From: a bacterium | GTDB lineage: Bacteria > Electryoneota > Electryoneia > Electryoneales > Electryoneaceae | Assembly (NCBI GenBank): GCA_963669175.1 | Contig: OY769902.1 | Span: forward strand, 4,832,001 to 4,896,000 | Reading direction: 5' to 3' | DNA length: 64,000 nt | Program-made: the position numbers and the translations under genes | Notes under the pieces: generated by a model | Told to the model about the DNA's origin: nothing | The model's input: the letters and a program-made list of their open reading frames with translations, nothing else | Database searches by the model: none | Part shown: in pieces, positions 29,201 to 29,874 of the stretch | Numbering within the stretch: position 1 is the stretch's first letter | How the letters are laid out: the number at the start of each line of letters is the position of its first letter

Positions 29201-29589
29201 GGCGAGATGATATTGATATCACCTCCAGTAATGGAAAACCAGAAAGTGGACATGGACTGCGTTTCATTCCATTCCTCATCACGTGCCCGGACATACCAGC
29301 TATGCTCACCGGCTGAGACGGTCAATTCGGCATATGGATCCGAGAGACCACTTTCCCAAAGTGCGTCGTCAATGTACAGGTCGTAAACGATTGATCCTTC
29401 TTCAGGGTCAGTCGAAATACCCCATTCAAAATAGACAGCGTTGCTCTCCAGGTTCGCACCATTGGCAGGCGACAGCAAATCAAATTCTGTCGGGAACTGG
29501 GCAAATGCACCTCCGGCCCACCCCAACACCATCGCCATCACCGTGAACCCGGTGACCAACATTCTCTTTTGCGTGCTGTACTTCTTCAT
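1..29589 (-). CDS. Giant secreted surface protein/adhesin (at least 9,863 aa, 3' end outside window): FG-GAP/VCBS beta-propellers, FN3/Ig-like domains, one LamG-like domain
   Basis: ATG at 29589 gives MKKYSTQKRMLVTGFTVMAMVLGVAGGAFA|QFPTEFDLLSPANG (signal peptide). The same frame reads FDVYIYDEPLVFDLLTPEDE at bases 60..1 and gave sensible protein wherever I spot-translated it. The minus-strand ORF-track entries I checked in 1-29589 are all in another frame, as expected if this frame has no stop. DxDxDGxxD FG-GAP motifs and F-x-L-L-S-P...W...YYW-x-V-x-A-x-D domains recur throughout. Confidence 0.93.
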   Translation of the reverse strand, partial: MKKYSTQKRMLVTGFTVMAMVLGWAGGAFAQFPTEFDLLSPANGANLESNAVYFEWGISTDPEEGSIVYDLYIDDALWESGLSDPYAELTVSAGEHSWYVRARDEEWNETQSMSTFWFSITGGDINIISPVGEETYAVGDEVTIEWTGGSSPYDIMLSNETMIATGLTETSFTWTISVEDLTEYGSYALWISDYYGGYAESGSFFITDINIPNTPYPADGATGVPRFFDLSWLGGRLEGSTVYYNICFGTSYPPSTQIWERTSNSQDVFGITYAALDANTTYYWQIVSSFDGMTVEGPIWSFTTAETVDASNWTSSQIAFGVDGAEDVVAGDIDGDGDLDFVTAGYSGNTIQWWENPGNGQGFTANIVTSTFSGVISTSLADVDLDGDLDIISAAYLGGELAWWANDGAGQFTENTISNSYASAYHAVAADMDNDGDMDIVSAKATTSGLSWWENDGDQVFTEHEFDDGSVPYNYVYIVDIDDDDDMDVLAASMTGSKVSLWVNGGAQDFTETVVSSVLSGLNSVSAAHLDSDGNLDIIATSRSLNSVFYWLNQGDYVFNEYTLTSSFSWAEIALPADFDNDGDVDIAAIARTGASLSWWENDGYASFVEHTLDNAYSGPTGLTICDVDGNGTQDLLTCTFGGSVDFWEIDSNLSPGAFSLASPSDGSTVYSADLAWYSSTDPEGDNVEYWVIYEENAGGGGGLDEFFYGEADSVYVGTDTTYTLTGLLYSYYTWYVKAVDSFGAATYSTENWGFELDEPLVFTSPVAEAMFVQDQTVSIEWTGGEYGETVDISLTGGNYTNEQIASGVDAESGVYNWQIAESLNGTSLAEAFDYVLTLTSSGGGTFNSGVFGIILPLDFTQHIADQTNDSTGFIDVADFNNDGDLDIVATSPSGEGMGYLAWYEGDGQGSWTYHPIATTAGNERQVLAVDMDFDGWMDIVYCSTTDGIWAYINNGDDTFTLQTISGSHNATYIDNSGEDHYSRQRIVSVDPDNNEVLIHSYDGEGSFIQVTVSNTINIPSSVDYCDLDEDGIMDVLATSLGDHAIIWYQGSDPWTYSGTVLQSGVSGAYSVRAVDLDQDGDLDVLYSQVSSSTGVSWLENDGSENFTNHTLPGPGFIYMVDAADLDGDGDKDLYAVSDYNDVYWIENTGSMSFAPHAINSPSGTAVWMVHGDADGDSNMDLFLGDYGGGQFEETIYWYENQTGGGEVQGADPFAFSLLSPSDGQTVADDATLTWEATSDPDQTTVSYWVVWATDPGFTTRDSANAGEGTSWTLPGWENGTRYWRILAEDENGGLTYSTETWSFIVSDADFLEHVIDNSFSEPVSVYTADVNGDGDKDVIGAALLGDEIAWWENDGTLDVANWTKHTVDNVFDETRSVHAADMDNDGDIDILGAATLGDQITWWENDGGAGTTWITHNVDGAYDEARAVYAADVNGDTYMDIVGAGGGPDGVGSVTWWENDGTNVVANWTEHTIGTSFGEAGTVYATDIDGDGDVDVLGGAWYGDEIKWWENDGGNGTAWIGHSVDAAFDGVRHVYATDMDGDSDVDVMGAARYANSITWWENDGTNVVSNWTEHTVTSTFTDARGIHAKDMDGDGDVDILGAAITDNTVAWWENDGTNNVENWTEHVLSNTFNGARCVFADDIDNDGDNDVLGAARLDNAIAMWENTTGGELNENITVNYPIGGESFVINQLIPITWSNATPGETLTIMVSGGNFSGEVIESGVSVNSAPYNWSIPDALNETETIAASDYVITIVENGSRISANSGTFSITDIPISFAGGIVQMEHDSTAFIDVGDFNQDGWLDVVATNPAGNDGYIYLYLNNGDGSYSENEVTNSLLNGRFIHTVDLNQDGYPDIVASTEFSFGLHAYYNNHDTTFTSLEIAAEYASESIATGDFDGNSYPDIVAANPDQGTLDLWLNDDGETFSYTEVASGLGMPYSVAVADLDENGYQDILVTDISNLTMYWYSHSGGQVFTQHDLLAGLEIPYLVSPDVADLDQDGDLDISLVLMAETGGPFWMENDGSENFTPHMIMAVPNMFCFRIADLNADGIPDFYGTSTSAPIPLWFQGLGDTTWVAHAAGEAAIMGMPVWMAAGDMDNDIDLDLFLGDYSMGGGQGYTIYSYENDLDPVNNAPTAFSMISPADGATISDSPHSFTWEDNSDPDGHALTWWVYFSTTSDLLTDRDSISTDVEYISIAIDTMILDQTYYWTVLASDGYIGGDTWASDTLSFTIEDNPYINLVAFYPYSGDADDASGHERHATEYGGPVLVEDRFGNTDAAYYFDGTDDQIRTSYDAAFYPTSLSASAWVKVESLPDASFNYIMSTCGSGTNPPYDPFRLCIDGEGFPSVHIESQNNAASGTVGGSNPVSFDRWHLVTATVDGSTGAVLLYVDGVLDASDTFGFAPGTGSSDFVVGATSDDGNGAMQFFNGAIDGVRFYNDVLTAAEVEAIYTEGGWNGDYDPLTLTYPTGGETFVFDQTVPITWTGGATGDLLTFTLSGGEVSDAPMVSDIAVEDGVYPWNVSELMNDYTIVAASDYVITVTASPSGDFVSSDPFTIEDPSISFAQSIVQAEQDSTAFIDVADFNQDGWLDVVATNPAGLVGYVLVYVNDGQGGYADVQVTPSLPSGRFVKAVDVNQDGYPDIVATSDDASGMFLYTNDQDMTFTPSQIEGEYTVRSIDTGDLDNDGYPDLVTTAMGGSFTRWMNDGSGNFSGTSLDYNISIPNTVVIEDLDGDGWNDIVLTDYGYETVAWLQNSNGSSFSYYQVLPSSSLSMPQGLAVGDMDDDGDMDIVVAEYDSEGYMYWLENDGNESFTQNFFAEMPYMNSIGVADLDGDGYLDAYSASPAAPFVVWYQSLSGSAWVPHMAGMVMGGTAQMAVHGDADSDGDIDLFFGDYAGGYGDIYTIYVLENDLDPPNNAPRNFALISPFDEAVVTDDPVTFNWENLGDPDGDPLSWWLYLSTSPDMTADRDSIHVYSYSYPIDLSEFANGQTYHWTVLATDGLSTGMTWASDTLSFTTWTGLFAMQTMFTATAPGYLTAGDIDLDGDRDLLVTSQDEGYLHAYTNDNMAMTLDAISGSMAMPWDPAIIDLDFNNQPDIVIADELGGEVGLVHQFISSGQMSFYDFDVAFAFAPTFVAVADLDLDGDWDIIHNSSMEITDVYWQENIGSIDGVPQYIEHYLVEDYRCQYGAAGDIDNDGDEDILLGGNDYPAVAWIENYGDGTFSELQSTNGLQSSVTWCDLVDMNQDGFLDALLINPEEGKMTIQYYESGNADFGVDQILCYDITTGISRAAAYDVDEDGDVDIVALWPSQNSVYWYENLGSPDYQYTAHNIGGIASPMDIVIDDFDSDGDADIAASSFGDNAVYWWENLTDEVNGAPPSIPELATPYPDQTITTSEVTLTWDRSSDPDGETASYTVFYSPLATFAQAVGWTGVGSDTSATLTGLANGTYYWTVVAEDPSGDVQQSSQIYFFNMDVSHFTQQDLVDDGGDIINLVGYDEDSDGDLDVLTADYTGNSVQWYINNEGLLTFQSVGNLSHATSVDAADFDGDGDTDIIAGKTQAVGFYTYYSNNGDGSYQSTSISSSRTFECQFVDIDADNTMDIVATLEGALTQLSPDGEGGLTQTDIGESDAYGMDIGDWNLSGLLEVVTSGYDESNVLKYYEQYEPGGFTVETICDTFVNGYDIAGGDFDQDGVTDAAAISTTPGTGLVVYMHRNESWIPVLVDTGMRGKRVRTGLINDDAYLDIVATGYDIDEVAVYLNDGTGLSWTRESLGSIGSPVALDLVDWDDDGSLDILVGTETDSIRLYLNDFPEPPEQAPGVPALVYPTNGETFGYDVVTLQWGESIDPQGQAVDYTVIWALDAGFTTGVGYADQLDQLQYPLYALEDFTTYYWKVRAVDEQGYWTESEARSFTTEFGQGVLLDEYLVMETPGTHSGASPFDMDGDGDMDAVVISESSHSLSWYENDGAFNFTEHTIDAYFGENVWVDDIDGDGDGDVAVISFSAENVGWYEQTAPGTFTFHELGAHASGQWVEVRDVDEDSDLDIIAAFETASGVYWYENDGSTPPNFTEYMVGNAGDVSGPWDCEAIDFDGAGGVDIIVPDYVGNTLGWFQNDDAETFGYTDIATLIAPHSVAVADFNLDTYKDIVVACEGSFPDYNGSQVIWFENDGGLSFYNSHQLSSGSYSCVNVGDFDGDGDTDIAAGSWNEAVAGWYENIDGSVMTWHPLLSGENCTEIQIIDADADGDDDMLVTTTAGVYWFLQGGISNTAPATFALISPADEYLTDMTSIACSWDASIDPDGDDVTYTLIWSTSPTFSSNVDSTEGLTNTSSVLIDLADRNFWYWKVRAYDPSGLGIESETSHSLYLNLNGVVNDPLTVVDADLHYGTAVSTGDVDHDGDIDIVATGASNGVVWYENDGGYFGSQELLYNLTSSENDVCVSDLNGDTYDDILFVGRAPNAAGSVAWLENQGGTFSFHSINSTLNSPTDARGADFDGDGDIDVAATINGSPNQATDGELIWFRNDGNGSSWTTLTIDAGLEGATSLEPVDMDDDGDVDILATGETNNDLNWYENDGSGSFTTHAITHSLNRPSRIWPGDMDGDGDVDFAVVAFVSDVLAWFENDGSESFTYHLVEDQLNGASVVYGGDTDLDGDIDLFAGANLDNLVMEFRNNGNMEFTRIVYTAFDSGPEDVLLADIDNDLDLDFLAVAKSENKLSMWENDASDFLPTGFDLTYPLAGSVIQESSTWLRWQSSMDPQGFGGITYKVQWTTGDEYDPWQVAYTPADSFYLAGLEDDSLYYWNVTAIAESGLEMEANSEESFSINMPNDPRGRTTEFASSIMGAFNAASDLLPEDVDFDGDVDMIAVSYTNSTIGWYEYDSDSETWTYHLIDDTEASATVVKLGDISGDGIDDILIGRDTFPYLIAYVNDGAGSFTGVPVGEVPGPITDFEVGYFLGNSSIQLVLGCTDDSLFFIGDNVQFIHADWPVDNIEVLDFDQDGYLDIVCNGTADAGEPSVWWMEGTGDEMIEHGIEYSQTSIPDISMLKLDGSDNWHIAGVNPATSGSVWWENDGSMNFTYHHLFGGGTGYTDIETADIDRDGHEDLLFNRSDVLYCLYNLDGMLTGFQVYGISVTQTNGVFATADLFDTGYKDVITFNAGLNELVVNSNTSTFKLTSPPVGSWSDGESVTLEWEEVTDPDPLDNIGYWLKWATNAAFDLNVDSMLVYDTTATLENLSNMNTWFWSVTAVDQNGGRLEPASLRYVFVRDLEYSGRPTFPNGETTVDNSLVMASDGVKGDFNRDGYLDFAVAWNGSNTIRVYFNDGTGSFTTQDVTTSLDLVQTLSVVDVDQDGRPDLVAGCSNSTLGQDHLVWFRNGSGAPIVWTEYFIDDGFPNVFSVRAVDMNGDSYPDIVAASYTTGQVGWYEHSQASPPSWTFHLVASQANAFSLAIDDIDGDGDKDILAGAQSEGGNVAWYENDGSGNFSAHSVTTSNNYTQHVFIADVDGDGYNDLLTTSDGDGNIKWWASDGATPPNFSNGVTITNGFLEATDVKAFDFDADGDVDILGAAQGSGEIRWWENDGNPAPSFTMRTIGSLTGAADIISGDFDLDMDADIVGLGFAGNVVKLWENFPTTEFDPPNAFSLVSPANEATVTTHTPELSWNETEDPDSPTFLYALFWSFSASFDADVDSVILAGTSFTLPWQQDDQTLYWKVLAFDDEGNETWSDQTWSFDISVPDAPRGPEMVWSRSTLNDELISLRDALPVDVDGDGDIDIATTHDTDEANRFHLLRQNASGVFNEYDVPNGTALSTTYGAVPVYLDPDDYIDFVVVDKSNNRLYIYWGDASGYFSTSQPLLAGLSQPNSAIAGDFDLDGDMDLAVTNEGTNDAVLLINDGTDPPSFSSQLILDGEDNYYFNKVVAGDMDRDGDLDLVIQKTSSGGSGYVIIAENNLYDGFGFTEHTALSVNSPSGLNLADVNDDGKLDILVANNGNSTVFWAQNNDNFAFTAYALPGTVDTPSMIDAADYDADDDLDLLTGSYIDNTYYLYTNDGTNTFTQSEIDVQSGHQSMSNRWSDLDGDGDIDIVVSEIAFGAYWYEQSYPFALLGPEDGSIINSTELTWQTVTDPDPGQTIEYVLQYTTDPTWQANVWTTVISDTFYTYNSWEEGETTYWSVIARDNTYQHQLWAQDTLSFIYENVDSPNPFSLAAPANQSEFASRSVVVSWDLTTDPDVGDSVEVYIVQWSSDPTFNTDLHWATTDNDSLRITGLMDELTYSWRVRAMDTQGNITPSGETWTFDIELDEPPVGSEMFWTKSVIDNDNNEYNDMLPMDFDEDSDIDIIGAAGLDDFNKALRFTNNNGFWDDGGIPGNTDLSSPPEFAIGDFNNDLVEDIVIISRNDHTVKLYLGDGTGNHTPLTVTEEIVGATGIATGDFNLDGALDIAVGSNTGDSLVICLGDGQYPPSFTFVIIPTYSNPLSLDAGDIDDDGDLDIAVGAHGAVGWMENTGFDAGDIWTQHDLQNPFNFAQDIVVEDMDADGDLDVLTANNDATGFITWYENAGGGTFSSQSTLPGNYNGIPQVWVADYDEDGDKDVFVPGYNDGIICVYQNDGYQNFTADTLDTYAEGNGRAVISGDFNGDGWIDIVAADQYNGLYQYNRSSRFATTYPGWADSVQTLQPTITWEEVLETDPDDSVFYSLVYAYSDPNLEEATTVSPIWDTEYTFPYGDLANGDEVYWAVYATDTQDNEIASDTSMFVVNLDAAFTSHQIFFAEGPVNAIGRGDVDQNGTEDLIYIDPDADQLLIQYNDGMGNFTQDVAFPNYYADPKKYIVVDFDGDEDMDILNLNTNFVDIFENEGDGNFGAPIALLTVSGVTDFEVFDYQGDGDLDFVAVGPSTVRLGVSDGEGVVTGTIISDVIGGSEVEVTDLNNDGYDDIVMVVNANDNVIGWTYVEGSGYTSNTVLGSMNNPTSLEIVDFDDDGNEDIVVGSDDGLAWLDYTGVFSYTLYLIDESYTGVTDIVAVDIDWDGDVDLLTSSDYNADEEVTLWMQNVPLTLDRQPIAEFYSFPASLDWADFNGDHMPDVLVMEQSGGLARWYDNLIETPVNPHYPAAPLLTYPEADATVEEMAVVLTWDVPEDQDVTDRLYYVVRSAEDPYLTVNVDSFLTYSPFHKLADLTNSQNYYWAVMAHDVNSGGVWSDTLHFLVNYNSAPGAFALLSPENGITLDTPDTTFSWEEAVDDMPPGDHVVYTLWLATDASFTDNLFTYATDNTSFSVSGLLDNTTWYWKVRAVDEWGAETWSTETWSIDVNIPDLPQGPEIELLPEGVILSGLTNARDVKVVDLDQDGDSDLVVCGDGASELTWLDNDGSNNFTETVIASEYGGVNDVSIADLDDDGDLDVAAVTNANEVSWFENDGSQTFTRHDLSTDFTAPSHIEVGDLDNDGDIDIVAGAYTSWGKVFENNGDGTFTEYDQGPGLVGAIELVDVNNDGIRDIVYQHGGNPGSVTWYEVPDGDFSALTSNTVTTAVVGAADVMVGDINGDGWRDFVVPIDDPQNKIVWYENQNAESYVEHEVALNTGLAWDGELADLDVDGDLDIIVSGAQDGDMVWYSNDDGTGTSWTAHEFVTGLDLASAIRAVDLTGDHAPDLVGMDYYGDEVMWWSNTSPFSPISPDTATVMLVDEERVFTWQSVTDPDPGDEVTYSLIYSTDPTFETADTLDSIADTSFSFVTGSFADDQTYYWYVQALDTNTDGLTSENVFWFETDYSEPPAAFSLNLPVDEDTVRADTVAVSWNRAIDPDPADTTLSYTVFWSQDPTFSEVVFDSTVGDDTTLVIRELSDDSIYYWKVLAQDSNTEGTESTETWSFAVYIYDVPGEFSLLTPTDTDTVYADSATVEWNTALEIDPGDSVIYWVYYGLDAAFTAETYDSVSTEDTTLVLHELMDDSTYYWKVWAQDTNTEGTWSTETFQFFINILEPPAAFSLNLPVDEDTVRADTVAVSWNRAVDPDPADTTLSYTVYWSEDPAFGIGVQDSTVGNDTTLVLRNYKDDTTIYWKVHAQDSNTDGTWSSETRSFDVYIYDEPFAFNLLTPTDEDTVYADSATVVWNTAFEADPGDSVIYWVYYGLDALFTAETYDSLSTEDTTMALYELMDDSTYYWKVLAQDTNTEGVWSDSTFQFHINILEPPSAFSLNLPVDTDTTHADTMAVSWNRAIDPDPADTTLAYTVYWSFDPAFVEGVFDSTVGNDTTLVLRGLEDDMTYYWKVHAQDSNTDGVWSTETWSFDVYIFDAPGEFSLLTPNNEVTVYTDSATVEWNTALEVDPGDSVIYWVYYGQDILFAADSYDSLSTEDTTLVLHELMDDSTYYWKVWAQDTNTEGTWSSEDFQFHVSILEPPSAFSLNSPANGEEIHDVTTVVSWYRAVDPDPVDAELAYTVYWTMDPNFIEGVFETNVGNDTSFTIPELADDNTYYWKVHAQDSNTDGTWSSETFEFSVYIYQPPNSFTLIEPADEDTVVTLRPTLIWEEATDPDPGEELSYDVIWSINDDRFGDPQMASGISATQYTFAGDLPDDATIYWYVIARDPQDSTFATDTWSFLVGQPEAPLAFSLLSPTDEDTSHTGSATFTWAETTDPDPEDVIVYTLWLATNTGFTQNVRTFSTLGTSVTVADLMDDRTWYWKVKANDGITTGTWSNEVWTLDTYIQNTPRGETTDFVYVEDMGTGLSQPDQGQLVDLDQDGDLDVVVNQRIGSDLHWYENDGFGNFTDHTISPGVPNAHDVKAGDMDGDGDIDLVATPGGNGVVWLENDGAQNFTQHPIVLDVSGQGYIGLGDLDNNGYLDIVTGESGGTIYFFENTGGVFNAYPLLNEVSNNGAFHVVDIDNDGTLDVLVPFNDAISFFNIANLAQGGAAVTDIVTGLSGVQAAHAVDINWDGLLDVVSMDAANYDLTWYQNSGQVWTAHTLDDATGPARGIGSGDFDLDREMDVVANIADGNMLWGWLNQGGPWEAPWPHVSGDSNFGYGHAVLVGDLDGDFAPDLVVPSVNNGTIRWYRNVAPFTLAQPESGYVMLADQDLQLSAESVTDPDPGDYVYYGYFWSDDPTFENDPYYVMSAGQHYTIPAGMLQDDTRYYWYAVAYDENGDTLKSEEVWYFDTEFYEAPEEFSLVSPADLDSTHADTVQLVWNGTTDPDPADEILTYWVYWSQNPSFEAESYDSVSTLDTTLVLHELDDDSTYYWKVWAQDSNTNGTWSTETWSFDVYIYDEPLAFDLLTPEDEDTTYSTSANVEWEVAVETDPGDSVIYRVYWSYDALFSTDTVDSVDTEETSATLTDLMDDSTYYWKVWAFDTNTEGTWSSSVFQLHVNILESPEEFSLLSPLDTDSVRVDTVLVTWERTYDPDPVDVELNYTVYWSEDPTFNEGVFEASVGNDTSSVIRDLVDDTRYYWKVLAQDANTDGTWSTETWYFDVYIYDEPLAFDLLTPEDEDTTYSTSANVEWEVAVETDPGDSVIYRVYWSYDALFSTDTVDSVDTEETSATLTDLMDDSTYYWKVWAFDTNTEGTWSSSVFQLHVNILESPEEFSLLSPLDTDSVRVDTVLVTWERTYDPDPVDVELNYTVYWSEDPTFNEGVFEASVGNDTSSVIRDLVDDTRYYWKVLAQDANTDGTWSTETWYFDVYIYDEPLAFDLLTPEDEDTTYSTSATAEWEVAVETDPGDSVIYRVYWSYDALFSTDTVDSVDTEETSATLTDLMDDSTYYWKVWAFDTNTEGTWSSSTFQLHVNILESPEEFSLVSPADLDSTHADTVQLVWNGTTDPDPADEILTYWVYWSQNPSFEAESYDSVSTLDTTLVLHELDDDSTYYWKVWAQDSNTNGTWSTETWSFDVYIYDEPLVFDLLTPEDE
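3580..6665 (-). repeat. Second, more diverged array of about 10 FN3-like domains with 621-bp periodicity in its core
   Basis: aaccggcaggttca at 5080, 5701 and 6322. The same YYWKV-x-AQD-x-NT-x-GTWS motif recurs about every 310 bp. Confidence 0.85.
22240..22890 (-). other. LamG-like/concanavalin-A-type jellyroll domain within the giant protein
   Basis: Translation LVAFYPYSGDADDASGHERH...DRFGNTDAAYYFDGTDD...SASAWVK...WHLVTATVDGSTGAVLLYVDG...FFNGAIDGVRFYNDVLTAAEVEAIY matches the Laminin_G_3 pattern. Confidence 0.85.
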
Positions 29590-29627
29590 AAGTCGACTCA
29601 CTGTTTAGGGCCGTCCGGGGTCACTCT

Positions 29628-29652
29628 TCCCGGCCAGGCATGGCCGGTCTAC
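29628..29652 (-). repeat. GTAG-type REP-like palindrome, copy 1
   Basis: Minus strand GTAGACCGGCCATGCCTGGCCGGGA: a GTAG tetramer followed by a CCGGCCA/TGGCCGG stem. Confidence 0.75.
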
Positions 29653-29831
29653 CCGGGAACGCTCCAACAACGTTGCGGTCCAACCTTCGCCGCCCGGCTG
29701 GTTTCGCTTCAAAACGAAACCTGACGTGCGGCGCCACGATATCGTGGACTATATCAAGCGGCGAACTTCTCACCGAACACTTTTTCAACTTCTTCCCGGG
29801 TGCAAGCGCCCGGGCCACACGGTTTTCCTCA

Positions 29832-29856
29832 TCCCGGCCAAGCATGGCCGGGCTAC
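29832..29856 (-). repeat. GTAG-type REP-like palindrome, copy 2
   Basis: Minus strand GTAGCCCGGCCATGCTTGGCCGGGA, 18 bp after the stop of the barrel gene. Confidence 0.75.
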
Positions 29857-29874
29857 GAAGAACCGAGCGACTAC

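Noticed and set aside
126-29546. Dozens of short ORFs in the track on both strands (e.g. 2503..3429 +, 6724..7404 +, 9817..10515 +)
   Set aside because: They are antisense or off-frame shadows of the giant minus-strand gene and have no motifs of their own.
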